From an uncultured archaeon (GTDB lineage Archaea > Nanobdellota > Nanobdellia > Pacearchaeales > GW2011-AR1), in contig CABMGN010000002.1 of NCBI GenBank assembly GCA_902385635.1, positions 18,092-82,091 of the forward strand: a stretch of DNA of 64,000 nucleotides, in the 5' to 3' direction. Of this stretch, positions 53,991 to 62,633 are shown piece after piece. Both the position numbers and the translations under genes were made by a program. Position 1 is the stretch's first letter. The number at the start of each line of letters is the position of its first letter. A model generated the notes under the pieces. That model was not told the DNA's origin, did not search any database, and was given only the letters and a program-made list of their open reading frames with translations.

Positions 53991-55820
53991 TTATAGGATT
54001 ATCTCGTAGTCTCCGAGTTCTTTTTTTATTAACTCAAATATATGAGAGGAAATTTCCAGAGTTTTCTTAACTTTCTGTTTTTCTACTTCTTCTGTTACTT
54101 CTTCCATTGTAGCATTTTCTACTTTATGCCCCGCATGATCTATTTTTCTAATGTTCTTTTCAACAAATAAGAAAGTCTTTCCATTAGCAGAAAGTATCTC
54201 AGCAGTATGTTCTTTTCCATCTTTCTTGTACTTAAGCCTCATCCTACCCTTCTCTAAATTAACCATGTCACATCTCTGCGTGTATTCTATTAGGTCATTA
54301 ATCAGAATTGAAGCACTCTTTCTTGCATCATCTACTTTTTGGGCGTCTAACTTTCCTTTTTTGAATTCTGCTTTAGCAGCAAGGACTTCTTTTAGAATTC
54401 TTAGATGCTGCTGAGAGAATTTACCTGTTTTTATAAAGTTCTCTTCAAACTCCTCTAACTGTGCTGCAGGAACCTTCTTTCCAGTTACAGCCTCTAAAAG
54501 ATTAACCATGTCCTCATGTATCTGATTTATTGTCTTTTCCTGAGCGTGCTTTTCAATTTGTTCTTTAAGTTCTTTTAGTCTGTTTAAGTATTCTTCTGAA
54601 CCCTCAATTAGTTTATCCAACTCTGCTCCCTTGATCTCTTTAATTTTTTCGTGTTCAAAATCTTTGTATATCTGAATAACCTTTGTAAAAAAATCAGAAT
54701 ATTTTTTCTCTAACATTTTTTCTTTTTCAACAAAAACCTTCCGTAATACTTCTGGAGCTTCTTTTGTAGTGGGCGGAGGAAGTCCATACAACATGATTAT
54801 TGCTTGCGTTGGAGTTAAGACCCCCCAGTAAAGATCTCTAATAACAATGTCAAGTAACCCCATCTTAGCCCTCTGTGCAGTCTTATCCCCCATAGACATA
54901 AACATATCAATTGCTTCTGGGCTTGGTTTTAATTTACCCATCTTAAGAAGCGCTTTCCATGGCATGAATGTACTTCTATCATGTAAAGGAATCCCATCCC
55001 GAATAAATGTGAAAATAACTGGATGTGCATCTTTTACTGCCTCCCAGAATTCTGTAAGAAGATAAACCTGAACATTAAGAAGATTTTTCACACCGGCTAA
55101 AGCTGTTGCTTCCTGTATGTACTGATAGATAATTCCTCTAAGCCTTTCTTTTAATTCTAGTCTCGGCATCCTTTTTACGTCGGTATCGTTAATAACAATA
55201 AATATATCTACATCTGAGGTTGGAACAGTATCTCCTCTTACTAAACTTCCGGCAACAACGTAACTAACTACATACTTCTCAAACTTCTGAAGAACAAGTG
55301 ATTTGTGAATTTCAGCTACCCTTAGAGCTCCTAAAATTCCCTTATCAAAAATAGGATAAGACATTGCAATTGCCTCGGTTAAGGCAAATTTACTATCAAG
55401 ACAGTTTTCCCAGACATCAACAGGTGTTTTTACTTGAATCCAGATTTTATCTTTTGTCTTTTCTAATTCTTTAACTATTTCTTGACGAATTTTGGGTATA
55501 TTCTTAAATTGTTCTTCGGGAACAATCATGTAAAGATGCATAAATTTCTCTGTTTCTTTTGGAATCTCTTCCTCATCTATAAACAGCTTAATTGTTTGTG
55601 GGGGTAGAATTCCAATTGCCTGAGTGAATTCGTATTTCTTAAGAATAAATGTTTTCAATTTTTCAACTTCTTTTTTTGTTTTAAGAAGTTCTTTTTGTGC
55701 TTCAGAAACATTCTCGGAGATTTGAGACTTTTTAGGGCTGTATTTATCTTCTGTAAAAGTGTTTTGAGAATCAAGTTCGTTTTCTAGCTCTTCTTCTCTT
55801 CGTTCATCACCGTCTCCCAT
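53991..55820 (-). CDS. large nucleotidyltransferase-domain protein (609 aa), paralog of 50190..51026 core
   Basis: VVAGSLVRGDTVPTSDVDIFIVINDTD. It shares GKLKPSPEAI with GKLRPSPEAI of 50190..51026. Long charged helical N- and C-extensions are present. Confidence 0.65.
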   Translation of the reverse strand: MGDGDERREEELENELDSQNTFTEDKYSPKKSQISENVSEAQKELLKTKKEVEKLKTFILKKYEFTQAIGILPPQTIKLFIDEEEIPKETEKFMHLYMIVPEEQFKNIPKIRQEIVKELEKTKDKIWIQVKTPVDVWENCLDSKFALTEAIAMSYPIFDKGILGALRVAEIHKSLVLQKFEKYVVSYVVAGSLVRGDTVPTSDVDIFIVINDTDVKRMPRLELKERLRGIIYQYIQEATALAGVKNLLNVQVYLLTEFWEAVKDAHPVIFTFIRDGIPLHDRSTFMPWKALLKMGKLKPSPEAIDMFMSMGDKTAQRAKMGLLDIVIRDLYWGVLTPTQAIIMLYGLPPPTTKEAPEVLRKVFVEKEKMLEKKYSDFFTKVIQIYKDFEHEKIKEIKGAELDKLIEGSEEYLNRLKELKEQIEKHAQEKTINQIHEDMVNLLEAVTGKKVPAAQLEEFEENFIKTGKFSQQHLRILKEVLAAKAEFKKGKLDAQKVDDARKSASILINDLIEYTQRCDMVNLEKGRMRLKYKKDGKEHTAEILSANGKTFLFVEKNIRKIDHAGHKVENATMEEVTEEVEKQKVKKTLEISSHIFELIKKELGDYEIIL

Positions 55821-55904
55821 GAATAAAATATGAAAGAATCACTTATAAATGTTTTCCAGAGAAACAGAAACCTTTTTAATAATTCTATTTGATAAACCTA
55901 TATT

Positions 55905-55976
55905 GGGCCTATCGTTCATCGGCTAGGACAAATCGTTTACACCGATTAGAGAGCGGTTCGACTCCGCTTAGGCCCA
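55905..55976 (+). tRNA. tRNA-Val (anticodon UAC)
   Basis: Acceptor GGGCCTA/TAGGCCC, D arm GTTC-ATCGGCTA-GGAC, anticodon arm AATCG-TTTACAC-CGATT, T arm AGCGG-TTCGACT-CCGCT. Confidence 0.85.
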
Positions 55977-56072
55977 TTTTCTTATCCCCTGTTGAAGATG
56001 TTTTATAAGACGGGTTCTAACTATAAAACGTAAGGTATATAAACTATCTAGTAGTAACAGAAATAAGAAAAA

Positions 56073-56768
56073 ATGGGCTTCAAACAAACCTTAAAAAATA
56101 TTGGTGCAAATCTCGGTCAGAGAGCTAAAGACGGAGGATTAGTTAGAAAACTAGTACTTGGAGAGTCTATTGACGAATTCAATCAGAGAGTAGATCAGGT
56201 TTATGGTGAAAGAGTACTTAACTCAATTTTGAAATATGATCCTACCTTTAATCCTGCTGCTCCGGGTCCAGGAATAGGAGCCCATTATTATGATCTGGTA
56301 ACAAGAGCTGTAATACCTGGAACAGAAGTTATTGAAAAAACTGATGTTGCTAAAGAAGTAAACAGAAAAGATTATATTGAATTTGGATTGAACTTTGCAA
56401 AGATGACGGGATTAGCTCTCTTAGCTTGGGGTACAACCGAAGCGGTTAAGGGAAGTATTCCAAACGAAGTTGTACAAAATAGTATGGGGGTAGTACAACC
56501 AATAGCAATAGCAGCGTTTCCTTTTGCATATGCTTCAAAGTTTAAATCTGCTTTTGTTAGAATTCCAATACAGGCAGCTACTGCATTTTATGCTGTAGGA
56601 AGTGCGGTTTCGCATATAGGCAGTATATTCTTTCCAGGAAAAGATCCTATGAGCCAGACAATACTAAGTCATTATAATGCAAGAGTAGTCTCTGTAAAAA
56701 AAGCACTAGAATGGACTGCTGCTACGTATACTCTATTAAGGGGAGTAAAGAAGGAGGTTTTACCTTGA
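56073..56768 (+). CDS. hypothetical membrane protein, Gly/Ala-rich, atypical composition
   Basis: 231-aa ORF with TATATAAA about 30 nt upstream. TM-like segments are MTGLALLAWGTT, VVQPIAIAAFPFAYA and AATAFYAVGSAVSHIGSIFF. Confidence 0.5.
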   Translation: MGFKQTLKNIGANLGQRAKDGGLVRKLVLGESIDEFNQRVDQVYGERVLNSILKYDPTFNPAAPGPGIGAHYYDLVTRAVIPGTEVIEKTDVAKEVNRKDYIEFGLNFAKMTGLALLAWGTTEAVKGSIPNEVVQNSMGVVQPIAIAAFPFAYASKFKSAFVRIPIQAATAFYAVGSAVSHIGSIFFPGKDPMSQTILSHYNARVVSVKKALEWTAATYTLLRGVKKEVLP

Positions 56769-56769
56769 G

Positions 56770-57723
56770 ATGATTAAGGATAAATATCTTGCTACAACAA
56801 TAAGAACTGTTGAGGCTGTCGCGGGTGTTGGTGGAGTTGCGGCACTTACTTTTCCTCTTGTAGGTGCGCTTTGTGATGCATATCTTGGCCCTGGAGCAAC
56901 AGCAGATTTAGTTACAAATGTTACAACAACTATGGCTTCTATTGTTGCTGCAGAAAGATTACTTCCAGATCATCCTGCAATTAGGGGGGGATTAGAACTG
57001 GTAATTGGTGCAGCGGGGGGTTCTCAGGTTCTTGGAACAGACCTTCCAGAAGTTTTAAAAAATTCTCCAGGACTAGCTAGTACCCCAATACTTGGTCCGT
57101 TAACTACCTTAGCAAATAGCGCGATTGACAAGATTAAACCTCTAAGTGCTGTTATAGGTGCGGCTTTGCCTTCTACTGTCAATTATATAAGATATAAGGC
57201 CCAACAGAGAGCTCAAAGAGGGGAAAGATCGAGACTTGTATCTAGCTTGAAGGTTGCAGGAGCTCTATTAGGAGGTATGTACTTGTTAGGAAATGAAGGA
57301 CTTGATCATTTAACTAAAGCATTTGATTACATACCTTTTGTTGGAGATTATTTAAAACAAATTCCTAGCTTAGTAAAATCTGTTCCAGAAACATATAGAC
57401 ATGTTACTCAATTTTTGATGCCTTACTTCGGAGCAAAAATACTCATGAGAGACCCAAAGAAACATAACCAAGTGGTTAAATATGCTACACAAATGATCAG
57501 TGCAGGAGTTGGAATTTACGAGTTAACTGCAAATATGCCGGGAATTAATTATTTGTCAGCAAAATTAGCTGCAACCCCTGAGAAAATAAGACAAGTAACT
57601 TCATATATTGTTGGACCCGTTACTCCATTCGTTGATAAATATATCTTAGGCGCACCTTTAGCTATTGCTAAAGCTCCATTTAAAGGTCTAAAGAAGTTAT
57701 TCTCTAGAAAGAAATCACCTTAA
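56770..57723 (+). CDS. hypothetical membrane protein, Gly/Ala/Pro-rich (contains IPFVGD motif)
   Basis: 317-aa ORF starting 2 nt after the previous stop. No family recognised. Confidence 0.5.
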   Translation: MIKDKYLATTIRTVEAVAGVGGVAALTFPLVGALCDAYLGPGATADLVTNVTTTMASIVAAERLLPDHPAIRGGLELVIGAAGGSQVLGTDLPEVLKNSPGLASTPILGPLTTLANSAIDKIKPLSAVIGAALPSTVNYIRYKAQQRAQRGERSRLVSSLKVAGALLGGMYLLGNEGLDHLTKAFDYIPFVGDYLKQIPSLVKSVPETYRHVTQFLMPYFGAKILMRDPKKHNQVVKYATQMISAGVGIYELTANMPGINYLSAKLAATPEKIRQVTSYIVGPVTPFVDKYILGAPLAIAKAPFKGLKKLFSRKKSP

Positions 57724-57771
57724 GTTTATTTTACAAAATCTTTTAAACTACTTTTCTTAACCTACTGATAG

Positions 57772-57842
57772 GCGCTGCTAGTTTATCGGTAGAACTTCTC
57801 GTTGCCAACGAGGCGGGCCGGGTTCGACTCCCGGGTGGCGCA
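57772..57842 (+). tRNA. tRNA-Gly (anticodon GCC)
   Basis: Acceptor GCGCTGC/GTGGCGC (two G:T pairs), D arm GTTT-ATCGGTA-GAAC, anticodon arm TCTCG-TTGCCAA-CGAGG, T arm CCGGG-TTCGACT-CCCGG. Confidence 0.85.
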
Positions 57843-57900
57843 TTCCCCCTTTTTGGTACATTCGTGCGATGTCAAGGGAATTAAATTAAAAAGAGTACAT

Positions 57901-58509
57901 ATGGAAAAGTCTGATAAATACTATTTTGACGAACTGTATAAAAAGTCTAAAAAACCTTTTTTTGGAACAGGCCCAAGTAGTTTAATACTTAAGCTTAACA
58001 GAATGCTCCCTAAAAATTCTAAAGTTTTAGATTTGGGTTGTGGCGAGGGAAAGGATGCTATTTTTTTAGCAAGGAAAGGGCATCAAGTTACAGCAGTTGA
58101 TATCTCTCCAATCGCAATAGAAAAATTGGATGAAAGAGCTAAAAAACTAAAATTAAATATTAAATCCATTGTTGCAGATCTGTCAGAATACAAGATAAAA
58201 GATAACTATGACGCGATTATTGCTTTAGCATCTATTCATTTTTTAAAGAAGAAAGAACATGATAAAATGATTAAGATAATGCAGGGAAGGACAAATAAAA
58301 ATGGATTTAATGTTATTGTTTCTCTGAGGAAAGGAGATCCAACAGAAGGTTCATTTAAAGTAATTTATCTAGAAGATGGAAAATTAAAGGAATATTATTC
58401 TGGATGGAAAATTATTAAGTATAAAGAGTATGATAAAAAAGACAAACATGGAAGATTTGGGGTTCATTATCATAAAAATGCAGACCTAATTGCTCAAAGA
58501 ATAGTATGA
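57901..58509 (+). CDS. TehB-like SAM-dependent methyltransferase
   Basis: VLDLGCGEGKDAIFLARKGHQVTAVDISPIAIEKL. The track start at 57802 lies inside tRNA-Gly, so the start was moved to ATG 57901. Confidence 0.75.
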   Translation: MEKSDKYYFDELYKKSKKPFFGTGPSSLILKLNRMLPKNSKVLDLGCGEGKDAIFLARKGHQVTAVDISPIAIEKLDERAKKLKLNIKSIVADLSEYKIKDNYDAIIALASIHFLKKKEHDKMIKIMQGRTNKNGFNVIVSLRKGDPTEGSFKVIYLEDGKLKEYYSGWKIIKYKEYDKKDKHGRFGVHYHKNADLIAQRIV

Positions 58510-58530
58510 GAATTGCTAGTTTTTCTGTTC

Positions 58531-59004
58531 TTATTTCTTGATTAAACCATCTTTAATAAGGTCTTTTGTTGGCTCACCTTGAAGAAAAATTCTATGACAC
58601 TCTTCCGCAAGAACTCCGGTAATAAATTCTACATGAAACTTATTTTGTTTGAAAAGGAGAGGAAGATTTTCTCTAAAGAACATTGCCCCGCTTTGATCTA
58701 AATCAATACCAGATACAACTCTTTTAATCTTGTTTAAGATTATTGCCCCAAAACACATTGGGCATGGTTCATATGTAGTATATAAGGTTGCCTTATTCTT
58801 ATTTTCCAGCAGTATGTCCTGAACTTGTTTTATTGCAAGCATTTCTGCATGGGCCAGTTTATCCTTTTTTGAGTCTACTTGGTTATGTGCTCGAGCAATA
58901 ATTTTTCCTTCTAACTCTATTACGCAACCTATTGGCCAATTGCCCTCTCTCAAAGCAATTTCTGCCTCTTTAATGGCTTCTTTCATAAATTTCTCATCTT
59001 CCAT
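58531..59004 (-). CDS. cytidine/deoxycytidylate-deaminase-fold enzyme (TadA / guanine deaminase-like)
   Basis: HAEMLAI and EPCPMCFGAI zinc-binding motifs. Confidence 0.8.
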   Translation of the reverse strand: MEDEKFMKEAIKEAEIALREGNWPIGCVIELEGKIIARAHNQVDSKKDKLAHAEMLAIKQVQDILLENKNKATLYTTYEPCPMCFGAIILNKIKRVVSGIDLDQSGAMFFRENLPLLFKQNKFHVEFITGVLAEECHRIFLQGEPTKDLIKDGLIKK

Positions 59005-59213
59005 TAAAAAGAAATAAAGATGAACTAAATAAAGTTTTTGTGTTCATATTGTCACCTTTTTGTTGTCGCATGTTTTTAAAAACCTTAACAGCATCGATAA
59101 ATCAGCTAAAATAGCGCATTAAGCGGATTTGACATCGCTTAAAAATACCCTGAAGGTATTGTCGGCGGGTGGCGCATACATAATTATTAAAACACTTCTC
59201 TCTTTAATAAAAT

Positions 59214-60110
59214 ATGAAAAAACAGTGGAAAATTCTTATTCTTATTTTTGCAATTTTAATTGTTTTTCTAATGTTAGTTAGTTTTGTTAGAAATAACAGA
59301 CAAAATAATCCTAATGACGGAGGAAACCTCCAGAGTAATCTTAATATTCAGTATGGAACAAATCCGTTTCAGAAGTTTGATTTCTACGCTCCAGCAGGTA
59401 ATGTAAATTCTGACACCCTTATTGTAATTGTTCATGGGGGGGCTTGGGCAGCTGGAGACAAATCTCAGTTTACACCTCATTCTGTTTTCTTTTCAAATAA
59501 AGGATATAGTGCAGTTAACATGAACTATAGACTTGCGCCATATACAAACCCTTCAAGCAATCCCGACTGGAGTTATAAAAATCCTCTTTATGATATTTCA
59601 AGTGTCCTAAAAAAAGTTGAAAGTGATCCAGCAAGATATAAGTTGAATCCAGGATATAAAATAGTTTTAATCGGACACTCTGCGGGAGGTCATTTATCAA
59701 ATCTTTACGGGGTTGAAGAAAGTGCTTTTGGAGGAGATCAACCAATCGCAGATGTTATCTCTCTAGCCGGACCTACTGACTTTGTAAGTTTAGAAACACA
59801 AGGCTGGGAGAGCAAAGCAGTTGAAGTATACTTGAATGGAGCTTCTTATGACGAGGCTTCTCCTGCAAGACAAGTAAAATCTGGAGATGGAACAAAGTAT
59901 CTACTTGTTCTGGGGATTGTTCAAGGAACTAACCCCCCTAGTGATGGACTTGTTCCGGAGCAACAAGTTACAATTTTTGAACAGATGTTGAAAGAGAAAA
60001 ATGATTATGTTGAAACATTAATTCTTCAAGGTAGAGATCACAATACAATCCAGAGTTTAATTCCATCAAATGATGCTGTAGCTCAAAAGATTTTAACATT
60101 CATTCAGTAA
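59214..60110 (+). CDS. alpha/beta hydrolase (esterase/lipase-like) with N-terminal signal anchor
   Basis: HGGAWAAGD oxyanion-type motif and GHSAGGH nucleophile elbow. An N-terminal hydrophobic segment is present. Confidence 0.75.
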   Translation: MKKQWKILILIFAILIVFLMLVSFVRNNRQNNPNDGGNLQSNLNIQYGTNPFQKFDFYAPAGNVNSDTLIVIVHGGAWAAGDKSQFTPHSVFFSNKGYSAVNMNYRLAPYTNPSSNPDWSYKNPLYDISSVLKKVESDPARYKLNPGYKIVLIGHSAGGHLSNLYGVEESAFGGDQPIADVISLAGPTDFVSLETQGWESKAVEVYLNGASYDEASPARQVKSGDGTKYLLVLGIVQGTNPPSDGLVPEQQVTIFEQMLKEKNDYVETLILQGRDHNTIQSLIPSNDAVAQKILTFIQ

Positions 60111-60154
60111 CTATTTTAAACTACGATTCTCTTGATATTTTATAGAGGTGAAAA

Positions 60155-61006
60155 ATGTACTACCTTCCAGTTGTTGGTGCTGTAGCTAATGCTTTTAGCG
60201 TAATCTTTCAGAGAATTATCTTAGTTAAGAAAAAAGTAGATATTAAATCATTTCAAGTTACTGCCTTTTTAGCAGCCACCTTATTATTTTTACCTTTCGT
60301 TTATTTTTTCTTTCATGTTTCTCCTGAAGCTTTAACAACAACAAACATAATTCTGTTTCTCGTTGTTATTCTGTTTTCAATTGTTGCTAATCTTGCATTG
60401 TTCTACTCTATTAAAGGTGAGAAGATTAGTAGTTTAGAGCCGGCTTTTGCTTTAGAACCATTGTTTACTGTTATTCTTGCAGTAATTGCTAGTTTTTTCT
60501 TTGAGGGTTTGTTTGATAGAAATCTTAACATTGTCATTCCCGCATTTATTGCAGGAATTGCTCTAGTCCTTTCTCATGTAAAAAGACACCACCTTAGGTT
60601 TGATAATTATTTTATTGCAGCGATAGTTGCAAGTTTTTTCTTTGCTTCAGAGCTAGTTGTTTCTAAGTTTATCCTAGATTATTATACTCCACTTACGTTT
60701 TATTTCCTAAGATGTCTCGGAGTTTTTTTAGTCAGCTTACTTATTTTTAGGCCTAAGTTTTCTGGAATTAATAATAAGATAAGACTAGAAATTTTGGGAA
60801 TTGCATTCTTGTGGATTTCTTTTAGAGTTATTGTTTATTACGGATATCTAAATCTTGGTGTTGTTTTCACAACACTAATTGTTATGCTTGCTCCAATCTT
60901 TACATATTTCCTTGCATGGTGGATATTAAAAGAAAAAATTAGGTGGCAGGATATTGTAACTTCGCTAATAATTATAGCCTGTGTTGTTTATGCTGTTTTG
61001 ATTTAA
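60155..61006 (+). CDS. EamA/DMT-superfamily transporter
   Basis: About ten TM segments in two similar halves. Confidence 0.6.
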   Translation: MYYLPVVGAVANAFSVIFQRIILVKKKVDIKSFQVTAFLAATLLFLPFVYFFFHVSPEALTTTNIILFLVVILFSIVANLALFYSIKGEKISSLEPAFALEPLFTVILAVIASFFFEGLFDRNLNIVIPAFIAGIALVLSHVKRHHLRFDNYFIAAIVASFFFASELVVSKFILDYYTPLTFYFLRCLGVFLVSLLIFRPKFSGINNKIRLEILGIAFLWISFRVIVYYGYLNLGVVFTTLIVMLAPIFTYFLAWWILKEKIRWQDIVTSLIIIACVVYAVLI

Positions 61007-61419
61007 TGCTCTCTATCTTGAATAACTTCCATAGCTAAGGGTCCCACCCTCTTGAAAGTCGGAAAAGAGATTAAACCAATGTTGTTCATTATCGCAATCA
61101 ATGAATTTGGGGCAGTTCTTAAGTCAATTCCAGTCTTATCTTGAAACTCTCTTGCTAAACGCAAGTTTAAGGGAGCTTCATCGGAAGTCGCGGTAAGGAT
61201 ACAATTATAAGTTACTCCTTCAAGGGTATTCGAAGACCCGTCCAAAGATTGAGAGAATATCATTAAGTATGGTTTAGGTGTATGAACGTAAAGGCCCATT
61301 GGCTTAGTTTGACCCAAAGGACTTACAATCCTTCGAAAGTCCGGGCTAAATCTAGAAACTAATTCAGCTATATTTCCACGGTAAGTAGCAACTTGAGTAA
61401 AAGTATGGGGATTTGTCAT
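61003..61419 (-). CDS. hypothetical protein, atypical composition
   Basis: 138-aa ORF 39 nt downstream of the radical SAM gene on the same strand. Its 3' end overlaps the convergent 60155..61006 by 4 nt. No family recognised. Confidence 0.5.
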   Translation of the reverse strand: MTNPHTFTQVATYRGNIAELVSRFSPDFRRIVSPLGQTKPMGLYVHTPKPYLMIFSQSLDGSSNTLEGVTYNCILTATSDEAPLNLRLAREFQDKTGIDLRTAPNSLIAIMNNIGLISFPTFKRVGPLAMEVIQDREH

Positions 61420-61458
61420 TATGTAAAGTTTTGGAACATACTAGTTTTTAAATTTATC

Positions 61459-62598
61459 TTAAGGAATAATTTCTGGCCCAAAGTATTTTTGATATTCAAA
61501 ATCTGATTCTTTTATCTTTCCCTCTTTGATTAATTTTTTTATTTCGGGAATTCTTTTCTTTAATTCTTCTATTAGAAAAATGACTGTTTCACAAATTTGG
61601 GCTTGACCTTCTTCTGGCCAGAGCTTTGCTTTGTTTGAATAAAGACATCGACCACCACATAAATTAAGGTAGGAACATTCTGTGCACGGGGATTCGACAG
61701 GTATTTGTTTTAGTTTTGTTGGAGTTGAGTCTTCAACGTGCCCACAATAAAAGTCAGTTATATTATTCATAATTGGACAGGTTGTTATTTTTCCATCAGT
61801 AGTTATTGCATACCCCTCAAATCCCGCCCCGCAACGTAATTTTGTTTTTTTACTGTAATAAATAGATTCAAAGATTCCAACAAAAGGGTATATTCTTCTT
61901 ACTTTTCCTTCTTTCATCTCAGAAATCCAGAAGTCTAAAAGATTTGATAAAGACCTATCGTACTTTTTTGCAAAGTCTGCAAAATCTTTTTTATTATAAT
62001 CCTTCTTATAAAATCCAGCATCAATTTGCCAGTGAACAGAATCAAAAACATTAAGAGAAAGCAAGTGTTTTATTTGTTTGTCAATATCTGAAACATCTAT
62101 TTGTCTTTTTGGGAGAGGAGAGAGGCACATTCGCGCAACAATCTCTCCATGGAAATTATCTTTTCTGATTAATTTAAGGTTATTTAACACCAGATCGTAG
62201 GTTCCTTTTCCCCTATTAAAGTCTGTTCTTTGTCTATCCCCATCTATAGAGACTAAAATTTTAGAAAATTTATTCAGGTACTTTTCAGGAATCTTATCTA
62301 AAAGTTTCCCATTTGTTTGCATACAAAATTTAACTTTTGTATTTTTGAAAGAATCCATAATCTGTTTTATCTTTTCTAGCTGTAATAAAGGTTCTCCCCC
62401 GTAGAAAATTATTACTGGATCTTTATCTTGCAGAATAAACTTCTTTATCTTTTCAATATCAACAGAAAAATCGCGAGGAGCAGAGAAATCAAACTTCCAT
62501 TTCTTTTCCAAGCCGTTATCAAATTCTTGCATTGATTTCTCGTAGCAGTATTTACACTCTGAGTTACAAATCTCTGTCATTAAAATGTGCCAAAACAT
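61459..62598 (-). CDS. radical SAM / SPASM-domain enzyme (putative peptide- or protein-modifying maturase type)
   Basis: CNSECKYC (CxxxCxxC) is at the N-terminus. The C-terminal Cys cluster is CGAG...CPIM...CTECSYLNLCGGRCLY. Confidence 0.8.
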   Translation of the reverse strand: MFWHILMTEICNSECKYCYEKSMQEFDNGLEKKWKFDFSAPRDFSVDIEKIKKFILQDKDPVIIFYGGEPLLQLEKIKQIMDSFKNTKVKFCMQTNGKLLDKIPEKYLNKFSKILVSIDGDRQRTDFNRGKGTYDLVLNNLKLIRKDNFHGEIVARMCLSPLPKRQIDVSDIDKQIKHLLSLNVFDSVHWQIDAGFYKKDYNKKDFADFAKKYDRSLSNLLDFWISEMKEGKVRRIYPFVGIFESIYYSKKTKLRCGAGFEGYAITTDGKITTCPIMNNITDFYCGHVEDSTPTKLKQIPVESPCTECSYLNLCGGRCLYSNKAKLWPEEGQAQICETVIFLIEELKKRIPEIKKLIKEGKIKESDFEYQKYFGPEIIP

Positions 62599-62633
62599 TT
62601 TAAAAATTTAGAAAGAGGTGTTTAAAAAATTAA

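Noticed and set aside
57802-57900. N-terminal extension of the TehB-like methyltransferase ORF (MPTRRAGFDSRVAH...)
   Set aside because: The first 41 nt of the extension (57802..57842) lie within tRNA-Gly (57772..57842). The conserved methyltransferase begins at ATG 57901.
59121-59177. Possible odd or split tRNA (stem AAGCG/CGCTT, stem AATACC/GGTATT, tRNA-Gly-like 3' end GGGTGGCGCA)
   Set aside because: There is no T arm. The acceptor 5' strand does not pair beyond 4 bp. The anticodon-like loop has 5 nt, or C33 if forced to 7 nt. I keep only the 12-nt repeat as an observation.
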